From: Candidatus Latescibacterota bacterium
GTDB taxonomy: Bacteria; Latescibacterota; UBA2968; UBA8231
DNA length: 64,000 nt
Reading direction: 5' to 3'
NCBI GenBank assembly: GCA_965204725.1
Contig: OZ242005.1
Location: 64,001-128,000, forward strand
The notes below the pieces were generated by a model. It was not told the origin of the DNA, did no database searches, and saw nothing but the letters and a program-made list of their open reading frames with translations. Below, piece after piece: positions 30,444 through 40,824 of the stretch. The translations under genes were made by a program, and so were the position numbers. Position 1 is the first letter of the stretch, and every line of letters begins with the position of its first letter.

Positions 30444-30478
30444 AAATGCAACTCCCTTTTTGCTCGTTCTCGTTGTTG

Positions 30479-30898
30479 TCACTGGGTTGGTTCCTCGGTT
30501 TCAACGTCGATCTGCTCGACGCCGGCCATGGTGGCCGTTTCCATTGCGTCAATGATATGGCCGTGTGCTGCATCGGCGTCCGCGGTGATGATCAACGTCG
30601 CTGAGCCGGTGCGGACCTTCTCGCGCTCTAGCCAGCTTGCGAGCTGGCCCATGGCCACGAGCTGCCCGTTGATTTCGAGCTGGCCCTCGCTCGAGATGCG
30701 TAGGTTCAGCTTCTTCTCGGACTTGAGCTGGTCGTAGTGAACCGAGTCGGGCAACTCAATTTTGAGCTGAGTCGCCTTGACAAAGACCGTGGTGGTCATA
30801 AAGAAGATCAGGAGCAGGAACACCGCGTCTATCATCGGCGTCAGGTTCAGTTCAAATTCGCCGGCCTTGTCGGCCAGCGACTGTCTCCGTTTAGCCAT
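30479..30898 (-). CDS. exbD: ExbD/TolR family protein
   Basis: LNLTPMIDAVFLLLIFFM with conserved Asp; ADADAAHG. Confidence 0.92.
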   Translation of the reverse strand: MAKRRQSLADKAGEFELNLTPMIDAVFLLLIFFMTTTVFVKATQLKIELPDSVHYDQLKSEKKLNLRISSEGQLEINGQLVAMGQLASWLEREKVRTGSATLIITADADAAHGHIIDAMETATMAGVEQIDVETEEPTQ

Positions 30899-30903
30899 GA
30901 CGC

Positions 30904-31323
30904 TTATCCTTCTCCGCTCTTGGCAAAGGCAATGGCTTCAATGCCCTCGCCGCGGGCGATGTCCATGACCTGCACCACGTAGGCGTGTGGCACGGAGCGC
31001 GCGGACTCCAGGATCACGTTCTTGGTGTTGTCGGCTGCGATGACCTGACGGATCTTTTCCGCCAACCGCGCCTTGTCGGTGATCTCGCCGTTGACTTGGA
31101 TCGTCTGATCCGGGTCAATCACGATGTTCATGTCCTTGGTCGCTCTCGACTCGCCTTCGCCGCCCGGCAGATCGACGCTCAGGCCCTTGGGGTTGACGAA
31201 AGTGGTCGCCACCATAAAGAAAACCAACAGCAAGAACATGCAGTTGATGAGCGGAGTCAGGTCTGGATTCTCCGAGGTCTTGAAGGCACTTTGGCCGAAC
31301 CCGCTCTTTCGTCGCTGCCGCAT
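30904..31323 (-). CDS. exbD: ExbD/TolR family protein (TM Asp replaced by Asn)
   Basis: PDLTPLINCMFLLLVFFMV; VVQVMD. Confidence 0.88.
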   Translation of the reverse strand: MRQRRKSGFGQSAFKTSENPDLTPLINCMFLLLVFFMVATTFVNPKGLSVDLPGGEGESRATKDMNIVIDPDQTIQVNGEITDKARLAEKIRQVIAADNTKNVILESARSVPHAYVVQVMDIARGEGIEAIAFAKSGEG

Positions 31324-31341
31324 CGCAGGGCCTCTTTCTGC

Positions 31342-32016
31342 CTAGCTAGCCTCTTGTTGGCTGGCCTGAAAGCGCACCAGCAGGGTGTTGGCGAAGGCGT
31401 GGCAGTACAGCTCCACGCTCTTAAAGACCTTTTCCGCCCGCCCGGAGAGGTAGCGGTGGAAAACGATGGTCGGAATGGCGACGATGAGGCCACTGGCCGT
31501 CGTAATTAGGGCCTCGGAGATGCCGCTGGCCACGGCCGCCGGATCGCCGGCCCCGGCGCGCGCAATGGCGTCAAAGGCGTGAATCATGCCCATGATCGTC
31601 CCCAACAACCCCATCAGCGGGGAAAGGACGCCAATGGTGCCGAGCGCGTTGAGCAGGCGGCCGAGGTACATCTCGCCGGCTTCCTCCGTCGCCAAGATCA
31701 ACTCTTGGCGCATGTCCTCTAAGTCGGTGCGATTTTCCAGCACCAAGGTATCGTAGCGCTTGACCAAGGCGGCGAAGATGAAGTTGAGGACGCCGCTGCC
31801 CTGCCGGAACAGCTCGATGGCCCCGCCTTCGCCTTGGTTTTTGAGCACGTCCTCGGCCTCGTTGAGCTGCTGCTCGGCCTCCTGTTCGCCCGGGACCATC
31901 AGCAGCCGCCACAGCCGTTCGATGATGATGGCCAGAGCGATCAGCAAGCAGAGCAACATGGGCCACATCATAGGGCCGCCTTTGAAAAACTGGTCAACTA
32001 AAAAATTCTGCTCCAT
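31342..32016 (-). CDS. exbB: MotA/TolQ/ExbB proton channel protein
   Basis: KGGPMMWPM, PLMGLLGTIMGMI, GISEALITTASGLIVAIP; GGAGG RBS before ATG 32016. Confidence 0.93.
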   Translation of the reverse strand: MEQNFLVDQFFKGGPMMWPMLLCLLIALAIIIERLWRLLMVPGEQEAEQQLNEAEDVLKNQGEGGAIELFRQGSGVLNFIFAALVKRYDTLVLENRTDLEDMRQELILATEEAGEMYLGRLLNALGTIGVLSPLMGLLGTIMGMIHAFDAIARAGAGDPAAVASGISEALITTASGLIVAIPTIVFHRYLSGRAEKVFKSVELYCHAFANTLLVRFQASQQEAS

Positions 32017-32056
32017 TACAAACAACCTCCCGGTATTGCGTTGCGTTGAAAGCTCG

Positions 32057-35000
32057 CTAGAGCCGGTTTTCCACGATCCATGCTCGGTGCAGCTTGGCAA
32101 AGCTGACCACGTCGGCGTTTTCCGGCTTGTCCCCCCCCTTTTCTTCCACTACCTGATAGTTTTCTACGGCCTGCGACCACTGGCGCGTGATTTCATAGAC
32201 CAGCCCCAAGTTGCAGTACGCGGCCAACTCGGTATAGGTGCCGGGGTAATCGCGGATGATCCCCTGTAGGGCCGGCACGGCCCGGTCGTAGTCTTTGGCC
32301 TCAAACAGCTTCATGGCCTCGTTGTAGCTAAAGCTCGCTTGGATCTCGCTGAGCTCTTCCACTAGGGCTGTGGCCCTCGACGCCTCCTCAGAGCTGGGAT
32401 ATAGATCGGTTACTCGCTTGTACGCGGCCATGGCCTCGTCGTAAGACTGGATATTGTAGTAGTAGTCGCCAATGGTAAACTGCGCTTTGGGGGCGAACTC
32501 GCTCTTGGGGTACTGGGCGACTAGGTCTTGCATCGCGCCGACGGCTTGCTCCATCTGCTCTTGTTCGACAAAGGACCACGCCAACGCGTACTGGGCCGAG
32601 CCGCCGTATTGGCCTTGGGGATATTTAGCCAAGAGCGCTTGATAGGCCGGCACGGCTTCGGCAAAGGCCTGCTCGTTGTAGTGGTTTTCGCCAATGAGGA
32701 AAAGTGCTTCCTCCTCGTATTGGGACTGGGGATAGCGCTCGACGAGCGCGGCAAAAGCGGCCGCGGCCTCCTCAAACTGGGTCAGGGCCTGAAGGCTGTG
32801 GGCCAGATAGTACTGGCCGTGAATGCGGTTGGCATTGCGCGGGTATTTTTTGACAAAGGCCCTGAAGCTCTCGGCTGCGGTGGCGTAGTCGCCGTAGCTG
32901 ATTTCGGCAAAGCCCTTGGAGAACGCCAAGTTGCCGCTCTCGCCCGAATTTGGATAGCGCTTGAGACCTTGGGCAAAGATGCGGGCGGATTCCTCGTAGC
33001 GCTGCTGCTGGAGCAGCGCGTTGCCGATGATGGAATAGGCGCGTTCTTTGCGGTAGTACCCGGCTTGGTCGTCGTCTGCAAACTCCATGTCGAGGAGCTG
33101 GCGGGCGAATTTTTCGGCTTGGACGAAGTCCTGCTGGTCGTAGTACAGCTCGGTGAGGAGCATGCGAAAGGTCGCCTGCTCTTGGGGGTCGGCCGACGCG
33201 GCGATGAGCTCTTGGTAGTAGTTGGCCGCCTCTTCTTGCCGCCCCAAGCGAATCATGCCCGCCCCCAGCGTGCGGAAGGCGCTGTCTTTGATCTGGGGCG
33301 CGGGGTCGCTTTCGAGCAGGGCCTTCATATCCTCTAGCGATGCCTCATAGCTCAGGCGCGCTTGGGCCGTGTCGCCGACCGCGTCTTGTTGTTTGGCGAC
33401 CTCGTAGTACGCACCGCCGCGCGCCAGCAGCGAATTTTGCAAGATGTGCGCGGGCGGATTGAGCGCGATGGCCTGCCCCCAAGAGCCGATTGCACCCGCG
33501 AAATTGTCCTCGGCAAAATGCACCCGGGCCAAGGTGTAGTGCATCTGGCCTCGCAGGGTGTCGTCGCCCGCTCGATCCAAGGCGCGCGACAGGGCTTGGC
33601 CAGCCTTTGCGTACGCTTGCTCGCCCATGTATAGCTCGGCCAACTCGACCTGCACGGTGGGCCACTTGTCCCAATCCTCTTCCACCAGCTCATAAGCGGC
33701 AATGGCGCGGTCTGTATCCTGTAGGCGCTTGTACGCAAGGCCCAACTCCATCCGCGCCGTATTGCACAGCTCCGAGTCTGGGAAGCGGCTGAGGAAGGAC
33801 GCATAGATCGCTTCGGCCCGGTTGAATTCGGCGGCGGAGTATGCGATGCGAGCCAACTGCAAAAGCCCGTTGGGAGCGGCCGGATGGTCCGCGTATCGAT
33901 CGACTAATCGCTGGTACAGGGGCTGCGCCGCTTGGTCTTTGGCGAGGAGCTGGTTGGCAAAGCCGGCGTTAAAAAGCACGTCTGGGATCAGGGCATTGTC
34001 CTCGCGCTGGCGCAAGAGTTGGTCGTAGCTTTTGAGCGCCTTGGCGATTTCCGCGTCCGCGCGCGCTGGGTCCTCGCTACGGAGCTGCCGCCCGTATTCT
34101 TGGTGGCACTGGGCAATGCGAAAGAGAACCTTGTAGCGGTCGAAGCCAATGCGCTGCGCCACATCGCCGTAGGCATTGAGGTATATCTCGTATTCTTGCG
34201 CCGACTTGAGGTATTCGCTTTGGTCGAAAAGCATCAGGGCGACCGTGAGCTGCGTCCGGGCTTGAAAGAGCCGGTCCTCGACCTTTTCGATGGCGTCCTT
34301 GTACGCGGCGATGGCCGCGGTCGTGCCCTGCTCCTTCTGCACCAACTCGGCGATGCGGATATAGCTGTTTTGCACCAAGACCGGCTCGGCCTCGTATTCG
34401 GCCGGGAGCACGGCATAAGCGGCGAGGGCCTTTTCGACCTCGCCGTTGCCGGCGTAGATGTCGCCCTTTTTCAGATGGGCCTTGGCCACGAGCTCGCGCG
34501 CGGTCTCCTTGACCAAGCCCTTGAGCTTGAGGGTGGTCATCTCGATGATCTCTTCCTCGGTCATCTGCGCGAAGTCGTAGCGGGCGATGAGGCGGTCGAG
34601 GTAAGCGAGCGCGTCTTCGTACTGCCCTAGCTTGTCGTAGCTCTCGGCGATCTGGAAGAGCGAGCGGTCGGCGTTGGAGCCGCGGGGGGCCAAGACCAAG
34701 ACCTGCTTGAAGCTGGCGATGGCCTCGTCGTAGCGCGCCAATTCAAAGTAGGACCACGCTCGGTCGTAGTGAACGGACGCCTCGTAGAGGCTGTGGGGGA
34801 ATCGGCGCAACAGCGCGTCCCCTTCCTCAATGACCTGCTCGTAGTCCTTGAGCTGGTAACTCGTCTGGATCATCTGGTACTGCGCCATCACCCGGGTGCG
34901 ATTATCGACGCTTTCGTCCTCAGCGAGGCTGCGAAAGAAGTCGCGGCTCTTGTTGAGATCGCGCAGTGCTTCTTCGTAGCGCGTGTCGGCCGCACCTTCC

Positions 35001-35329
35001 TTTTTTTCTGAGCGCAAAAACTGCGAGCGCTGCAACTTTTCCAGCCCGAGCTTGTTGTAGGTGTTGCCGAGCTGGTACGTAGCGCCCACGCGCACCGGCA
35101 GGATGAACTCATCGACCGCCACGGTTACATCCTCCACGTTGATCATGGCGTTGCTTTCGGTGGAGAGAATAACCTCGTAGCGCTCAATGGCTTTGTCGTA
35201 GTCGCCGAGCGCGTAGAGCTTCTGCCCTTCCTCAAAGCGGTCTTGCAATTCCACCGGCGAGAAGAAGCGCGTGCTCAGGCTGGCGGCCGCGCCGACCGCT
35301 GCGATGAGCAGCAGATTTACCAGAATCAT
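32057..35329 (-). CDS. Large exported TPR protein (BamD/CpoB-like repeats)
   Basis: Signal-like N-terminus; many TPRs with xxYPxS turns; GAGGAG RBS. Confidence 0.88.
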   Translation of the reverse strand: MILVNLLLIAAVGAAASLSTRFFSPVELQDRFEEGQKLYALGDYDKAIERYEVILSTESNAMINVEDVTVAVDEFILPVRVGATYQLGNTYNKLGLEKLQRSQFLRSEKKEGAADTRYEEALRDLNKSRDFFRSLAEDESVDNRTRVMAQYQMIQTSYQLKDYEQVIEEGDALLRRFPHSLYEASVHYDRAWSYFELARYDEAIASFKQVLVLAPRGSNADRSLFQIAESYDKLGQYEDALAYLDRLIARYDFAQMTEEEIIEMTTLKLKGLVKETARELVAKAHLKKGDIYAGNGEVEKALAAYAVLPAEYEAEPVLVQNSYIRIAELVQKEQGTTAAIAAYKDAIEKVEDRLFQARTQLTVALMLFDQSEYLKSAQEYEIYLNAYGDVAQRIGFDRYKVLFRIAQCHQEYGRQLRSEDPARADAEIAKALKSYDQLLRQREDNALIPDVLFNAGFANQLLAKDQAAQPLYQRLVDRYADHPAAPNGLLQLARIAYSAAEFNRAEAIYASFLSRFPDSELCNTARMELGLAYKRLQDTDRAIAAYELVEEDWDKWPTVQVELAELYMGEQAYAKAGQALSRALDRAGDDTLRGQMHYTLARVHFAEDNFAGAIGSWGQAIALNPPAHILQNSLLARGGAYYEVAKQQDAVGDTAQARLSYEASLEDMKALLESDPAPQIKDSAFRTLGAGMIRLGRQEEAANYYQELIAASADPQEQATFRMLLTELYYDQQDFVQAEKFARQLLDMEFADDDQAGYYRKERAYSIIGNALLQQQRYEESARIFAQGLKRYPNSGESGNLAFSKGFAEISYGDYATAAESFRAFVKKYPRNANRIHGQYYLAHSLQALTQFEEAAAAFAALVERYPQSQYEEEALFLIGENHYNEQAFAEAVPAYQALLAKYPQGQYGGSAQYALAWSFVEQEQMEQAVGAMQDLVAQYPKSEFAPKAQFTIGDYYYNIQSYDEAMAAYKRVTDLYPSSEEASRATALVEELSEIQASFSYNEAMKLFEAKDYDRAVPALQGIIRDYPGTYTELAAYCNLGLVYEITRQWSQAVENYQVVEEKGGDKPENADVVSFAKLHRAWIVENRL

Positions 35330-35346
35330 GGTGTCAATCTCCTCGG

Positions 35347-38268
35347 CTAGAACCCGGCCACAATATCGAAGAAGAGGCGCGAGTTGTCGAAGCTATCGGA
35401 AGCGCGCGTGGGATCGTCGTACTCCCGGCTGGTGCGGATAAAGCCGAACTGGGAGGCGAGGTTGTAGCCGTAGTGATCCGAGCGATTGCTCATCATCAGC
35501 ACCAGCGTCCACTCCTTAAAATCGTTGCTCTCTTCTACCCGGTCTAGGTTGGTGTGCCGCCAGAATGGGAAGCCTTGGAAGCCCAGTTGCAGATTGGACT
35601 TGGCCGTCAAGTCGAAGCGGGTCCTGACGATCGGGGCGTAAATCGAAAACGAGCGAATGCTGCCCTCGCCCGTGGCGTCTTCGAGGACGCTCGAATGCTC
35701 GCGCAACAACAGGTGCTTGAACATCGGGCGGATGTTTAGGTTGCCGGCGTTGATCGTGTAGTCAAGCCGGTTGACCATCGCAAAGGTCGAGAGCACCCCG
35801 GCTTCCTGTTGGGTGCCGTCGTCGAACTCGTCCTCGGCTTGGCTGTTGCGGATCCATTGGATGCTGTTGATGACGTTGAGGTTGGAAAACTGCCGAAAGG
35901 TCGAGCTGATGAACAAGGTATTGACCAAGCTGTTGCGCATGTTCAGGGGATCGACATCCGGCGGAAAAATCTGCGAATTGATATCCCGCGCCTCAATCAT
36001 TGGCCCCTTCAAGTGCGGAACGGGGCTGGGTATCCGCTGGGTAAAACCCACGTCTTCCCAGATGTACACGTCGTCGCGAATGCCGTCTTGGACCTGCTTG
36101 ATGTCCTCGTTGATGCGAATTTTGCCCAGATAGGGCGAGGTGAAGTTGTGCTCGTAGCGGGCGTAGAAGGCCCGCGCCTCGCCGCCGCCGGCCGGCTCCT
36201 CCATGGTGTAGTACCCGACCGAGGCCCATTTGCCCCAGCGCCCCAAGCCTTTCTTGGTGGCGACCAAGTGGACTCCGCGGCGGTCCCGGGGGTAGGGATA
36301 GTCGGGCAGGGCGTCGTTTTCGCGGTAATCGACGACGCCGTTGTTGTTGAAGTCGATGCCGTAGATGAAGTCCGGCGGGTCCGCGTCGTAAAAGAGGATC
36401 GGCTCAGTCCAATCGGGAATGCCGTTGAAGTTTTGGTCGCTGTCCGGGATGAGGTCGTTGTTCTCGTCCAAGCCGGGGAAAATGCCCGAATCCGCCTTCT
36501 CCGCACTGGGCAGCTCGTTGAGCATTTCGTCCGGCCACTGGTCGTTGTCGTCGTTGTCGGTCATAACGGACATTTCCTGCATCTGCGGACACACGAAGCA
36601 GTCGTCGCTAAAGAAGGCCACGCCGCCGCGGTCGCTGTCGTAGTTGCCGCTGTAATCCGGGTCTAGGTTGAAAATTTCACCCCCGAGCTCGATCGGGCCT
36701 ACCTCCTTTTGCGCGGTGAGGAAATAGCCGAGGGCCTGCTTGTCAAAGCGCTTGCCGGCGTTGCTGCCCACCGGGAAGAGGAAGTATTGGGGATTGGCGG
36801 CCAACTCGCCCCGTACCTTAAGCCCTTTGAAGTCTAAGTCCCAGTCCAATCCGTAGAGCGCCTGACCCGTGGGGATGCCGTAGTCAAATTCGACCACCTT
36901 GCGGCCCGAGTTGCTGCCGTCGGAGCGTGCGACCGTATAGCCTACTCGGGTGGGGTCGAGCAGATCCCACTTGTATTGCAAAAACGGCGACGCTTGGGTC
37001 GTGCCCGGGTCCGGCTGCACCGGCCACTGCTTGAAGGCTTCGGGATTTTCGGCTAGGACCTCTGCGAGCGGTTTGATGGCATCGTCGCCCTTCAGCCCGG
37101 TAAAAGGATTGACGTAGCTCCTGCCGCCCGGCGCGTACCGGTCGTCCCCATCGGCCACTTTATCTACGTTCTTTTGGTGTGCCCGCTGGTCGAAGAACAA
37201 GTGCTGTTGGCGCACCAAAATGCGATAGTCGCCCTCGACATCGGCCAAGAAGCGCACGGATTTCATCGTCAGCCCCGGAGCGAATCCGTCGGGATCGGCC
37301 GAATAGTCGGCCGCGTCCGGCAGGTTGAATTGCGGCATTTGGAAGCGGAAGACCGCTTGCTCGCTGCCGGCGATTGACAGCCCGCCGTCGGCCCCGCCGA
37401 CCGGATCGATCATCTTGAGGCTGGAGTCGTATTCGGGATCGCCTTCAATGCTGGTCAGGCGCACTCGCTGCCCCTGCGACTCGCCGATGATGACCACATC
37501 TATGTCATAGACGGTGGCCGCCCGGCCCATATCGTCGGGCGAATCGTCTTCGACAATGACTTCGATAAAAGAGGGCGGCAGCATGCTGTATGGGGTATCG
37601 CCCTTGAGAAAGGAGCCGTTTTCGTCGGCCGTGTTGGCCATGTGCTGGTTGAAGTACGTGGCCCCCATGCGCAGCACGTTGCCCAACTTGGTCTCCCAGT
37701 GGCCGCCAAAGATCAACACCGGCGAGGTCTCCCGAGTCGCTTTGAAGGTCGAAAACTTGGCGGCGTTCAACAGGTCGCCGCCTTGGCTCAGCATCAGGGT
37801 GAATTTGTTGTCCGAGGAAGCGCCGTCGAGCAGGATGCCGAAGAAGCGCGGGTCGCTAAAGGTCAGATCGGAGAACTTGGCGCGGATGTCCTCGCCCAAG
37901 GTCACTCGGTAGTTCCAGCCCTTGTACGAGTCGTTGAGCATCACCAAGTTGGCGAACCACCCCAAGTACTGGGCCGTGCGGGTGTTGATATTGCTTTCCC
38001 CGGGGCGAGAAAATTCCCAAGTAAAGACATTGAAGCCGCGCGACAGGTAATTGCCCAAGCGGTCGTAGCGATTGCGCGCATTGATCACCGAAGGATAGGG
38101 ATCGTACTCCTTGCGCCCGTAGTTCAAATACGGCTCGGGATGGCCGAGGTTGAGGAAATCCCGGTTGCGCAGAAAGGTCTGCGCTTGGGCTTCGGCGGCC
38201 AGCATACCCAACCCAACAGACGCTAGGAGCGCGGTCCTCACCAGACGTTTTCTCGCATTACTACTCAT
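35347..38268 (-). CDS. Uncharacterised ~973 aa exported protein, putative outer-membrane barrel
   Basis: Signal ending AEAQA; amphipathic beta-like segments; terminal Phe (FFDIVAGF); Asp/Asn-rich loops; start moved to ATG 38268. Confidence 0.7.
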   Translation of the reverse strand: MSSNARKRLVRTALLASVGLGMLAAEAQAQTFLRNRDFLNLGHPEPYLNYGRKEYDPYPSVINARNRYDRLGNYLSRGFNVFTWEFSRPGESNINTRTAQYLGWFANLVMLNDSYKGWNYRVTLGEDIRAKFSDLTFSDPRFFGILLDGASSDNKFTLMLSQGGDLLNAAKFSTFKATRETSPVLIFGGHWETKLGNVLRMGATYFNQHMANTADENGSFLKGDTPYSMLPPSFIEVIVEDDSPDDMGRAATVYDIDVVIIGESQGQRVRLTSIEGDPEYDSSLKMIDPVGGADGGLSIAGSEQAVFRFQMPQFNLPDAADYSADPDGFAPGLTMKSVRFLADVEGDYRILVRQQHLFFDQRAHQKNVDKVADGDDRYAPGGRSYVNPFTGLKGDDAIKPLAEVLAENPEAFKQWPVQPDPGTTQASPFLQYKWDLLDPTRVGYTVARSDGSNSGRKVVEFDYGIPTGQALYGLDWDLDFKGLKVRGELAANPQYFLFPVGSNAGKRFDKQALGYFLTAQKEVGPIELGGEIFNLDPDYSGNYDSDRGGVAFFSDDCFVCPQMQEMSVMTDNDDNDQWPDEMLNELPSAEKADSGIFPGLDENNDLIPDSDQNFNGIPDWTEPILFYDADPPDFIYGIDFNNNGVVDYRENDALPDYPYPRDRRGVHLVATKKGLGRWGKWASVGYYTMEEPAGGGEARAFYARYEHNFTSPYLGKIRINEDIKQVQDGIRDDVYIWEDVGFTQRIPSPVPHLKGPMIEARDINSQIFPPDVDPLNMRNSLVNTLFISSTFRQFSNLNVINSIQWIRNSQAEDEFDDGTQQEAGVLSTFAMVNRLDYTINAGNLNIRPMFKHLLLREHSSVLEDATGEGSIRSFSIYAPIVRTRFDLTAKSNLQLGFQGFPFWRHTNLDRVEESNDFKEWTLVLMMSNRSDHYGYNLASQFGFIRTSREYDDPTRASDSFDNSRLFFDIVAGF

Positions 38269-38320
38269 GGCAGTTATCCTCATGCAGTGTAGAGATTCGG
38301 TCTTCTGTCGCCATTCCAAC

Positions 38321-39181
38321 TCAGCGCTGGCGATACCCAACGCTGAACCAATGCACACCGCCATAGCCGGACAGGTGCAGTGGGTAGGAATAAGCGTAAT
38401 CGAAATGCCATTGCTTATAGTTGTGGCCAAGCCCCACGTTGAGCTCCCTATCGTCAAAACCCGTGCCCACTGCGGCCCCGCCCATGCGGAACCGAGCGCC
38501 GTTGAGGCTCACCGTCCGCGTCTCGAACCCAACCCTAAACTCGGTCTGCCCATCGCGGCACTCCACGTCGAGCAGGATTTCCCGCCCCGCCCAGTTGAGC
38601 GCGGCCGCCGCGACTACGGCCGGCTGTTGCTCGCCCGCGGCTTGGCCGCCGGCGGCGATGTTCGCGCCGGTTAGGCCCTGAGCGACCAACGCCAAGCGCA
38701 GGTACGCCCGCGGGTGAACGAAACCCACTTCCCAAGTGGCCCCTACGTCGAGGTGCCAAGCCCGATGCCCCAGATCGCCCGCTTTCCAAGTGCTGGTGCG
38801 CAAGCCGCCGCCCAAGGCAAAGCGCTCGTGCAACGGCCGCCCATAGCCCAAGGCAATCACTTCTTCGCGCCAGCCATCGGCCCCTAAAAACGAAAGGCCC
38901 AGTTGGAAGCCGCCGCCCCGCAAGGGGCCGGCCACGGATAAGCCGTTTAGGGCTGGGCTTTGGTCCAGCCCGGGGTAAAGCAGCGCGTGGGTCGTGCCCG
39001 CCCGCCATTTTTGCTGCTGGGCGTTGCCGGCCGGATTGAACCAAACGGCCTCAGCCGTCTGCGTACTGGCGGCGAAAGCCCCGCCCAATGCCGTGCTCTG
39101 CGCCCCCTGCCCGGCAAATTCAAAAGCAGCACCGCACGGGGAGCCGAGAGCCAGCACTAGGGCGCTAGTACGCCACCACAA
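38321..39181 (-). CDS. PorV/PorQ-like (FadL-type) outer-membrane barrel
   Basis: GAQSTALGGAF, AVWFNPAG, FDYAY, HWFSVGY. Confidence 0.7.
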   Translation of the reverse strand: MWWRTSALVLALGSPCGAAFEFAGQGAQSTALGGAFAASTQTAEAVWFNPAGNAQQQKWRAGTTHALLYPGLDQSPALNGLSVAGPLRGGGFQLGLSFLGADGWREEVIALGYGRPLHERFALGGGLRTSTWKAGDLGHRAWHLDVGATWEVGFVHPRAYLRLALVAQGLTGANIAAGGQAAGEQQPAVVAAAALNWAGREILLDVECRDGQTEFRVGFETRTVSLNGARFRMGGAAVGTGFDDRELNVGLGHNYKQWHFDYAYSYPLHLSGYGGVHWFSVGYRQR

Positions 39182-40823
39182 AAGTGCCTCGGCGCGCCTT
39201 GCCGCTTTCTTCTATCCCAACCTCGTACAGATAGAGCCCCGGCTCGACGACGCGACCGCTGCTATCGCGGCCGTCCCACTCAAACTGATAGGTGCGGGCG
39301 CTGCCAGTTTGCGCCAACTGGCGAATTGGCCGGCCGGTCAAATTGTAAATTTTTAGCACCACTTCCCGGCCCGCTTCGATGTTGCCGACGACCAAGGCAA
39401 AGCGCGCATACTCGTCGGCAAACGGCGAGAACGGGCGCGGCTGCACCTGCACTTGGCTCAAAAGCTGCAACGGCGTCCCCGCTGCCAGTACCGTCCACGT
39501 GGTGCCCGGCTTTTCTCGCCCCTGCTGCCAGTTCACGTACCCGTCGCGGTCGCCTTGGGCCTTGTTGCCCGCGGCAAAGCGCAGGGCGGTCTTGTCGCGC
39601 ACAAAGAGTGCCGGCCCCTCAATTTCGACCGTGGCCAGCGCGTTGATCCGCTCGTTGGGGGCCAGCTCTACCCGCATCCCCTCCCGGTCTGACGTCGGCC
39701 CCCAAGTGTAGCCGACGCCGGGCGCGAGTTCTCGGCCATCGACGCGCACGACCGTTACGCTGAGCAAGGGGCCTTGGACTCGTAAGAGATCGACCCCGTA
39801 ATCATCGACGCCCGCCGCGATTTCCACTCGGCAGCTCAGGGGCACTTCCTCGCCCTTGCGCAGGGAATCGGACGCGACCACCTCGGCCCAGATCTGTTGG
39901 GCGACCAAGACGGGGTCGTAGTCAACGGCGATGCGCTTGAGCACCGGGCTGACAAAGGGGGCCGAGTTCGTCAGGCGGGCGCGGTATGCCAGCCGCTCGA
40001 CCGGCTCGTCCCCGCTGTAGAAAAATTCTCCGACCGCGTGTGCTGCAACGCTTTCCCAAGGCTCCTCAACGCCCTCGGCCGGGACGCCGCGCACCTGCAA
40101 CTCAATACCCGTGCGCTCCGGGCGGTCCGCTTGCCAGCGAATCTGCCCTACGTTGACCGGCAGGTTCGGAGCGAAGCTATCCTCTATAAAGCCTTCGTTG
40201 CCGTAGCCCACGCCGAACACTTCGATTTCTCCGATGGCGACCCAGTTGCTGCGGTCTTGGCGGATGAGCGTCAGCCGCACGAAGCGCCCCGCGCGCGGGA
40301 TGGCCTCACCGCGCTCGTCGGTCGCGGCCCAAGTAGAATCCGCGCTCGTATCTACATTGAGGACGAAATTGTCCGGCTGTTCCGCCAAGAGCTGCCAGAC
40401 TTGCGGCGCCGCTTGGGTGGCGGTTTCGAGCCTGTACCCGCGCACGAAGTACTCGGGCTGGTTCAGCGCGGTCTCACCGGCGAGCACCCGCACCCGCTTG
40501 ATCGCCCGGTCCAGCCCGAGATCGACTGTAAACTGCTTGTCGAACACGTGGTTGGTGCCCGAGATCCACTCGCTCCGCACGAGGTCAATCGCGCCGTCCG
40601 TTAGGGGCACGGGCTTGTCAAAATCGTCTATCACCGATCGTCCTAAGGCCACGTTTACACCTTCGTCCAACTGCGCCAGTATGACGAGGCTATCGGGATG
40701 CACCTGTACGCCTTGGGTCGCTCCCAAGGCAAATGTCTCGACCGCGTCCACCACCCAAGTCTTTAATTCGGCACGACACGGAATGAATGAAAGCAACAGC
40801 AAAAGTGCGCCCAGCCTCAGCAC
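39165..40823 (-). CDS. Exported protein with discoidin-like N-terminal domain and C-terminal FlgD-Ig (T9SS-CTD-like) domain
   Basis: FTVDLG, IGEIEVFG; PRPFSPF...IYNLTGRPIRQL...WDGRDSSGRVVEPGLYLY. Confidence 0.75.
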   Translation of the reverse strand: MLRLGALLLLLSFIPCRAELKTWVVDAVETFALGATQGVQVHPDSLVILAQLDEGVNVALGRSVIDDFDKPVPLTDGAIDLVRSEWISGTNHVFDKQFTVDLGLDRAIKRVRVLAGETALNQPEYFVRGYRLETATQAAPQVWQLLAEQPDNFVLNVDTSADSTWAATDERGEAIPRAGRFVRLTLIRQDRSNWVAIGEIEVFGVGYGNEGFIEDSFAPNLPVNVGQIRWQADRPERTGIELQVRGVPAEGVEEPWESVAAHAVGEFFYSGDEPVERLAYRARLTNSAPFVSPVLKRIAVDYDPVLVAQQIWAEVVASDSLRKGEEVPLSCRVEIAAGVDDYGVDLLRVQGPLLSVTVVRVDGRELAPGVGYTWGPTSDREGMRVELAPNERINALATVEIEGPALFVRDKTALRFAAGNKAQGDRDGYVNWQQGREKPGTTWTVLAAGTPLQLLSQVQVQPRPFSPFADEYARFALVVGNIEAGREVVLKIYNLTGRPIRQLAQTGSARTYQFEWDGRDSSGRVVEPGLYLYEVGIEESGKARRGTFVVAY

Positions 40824-40824
40824 T

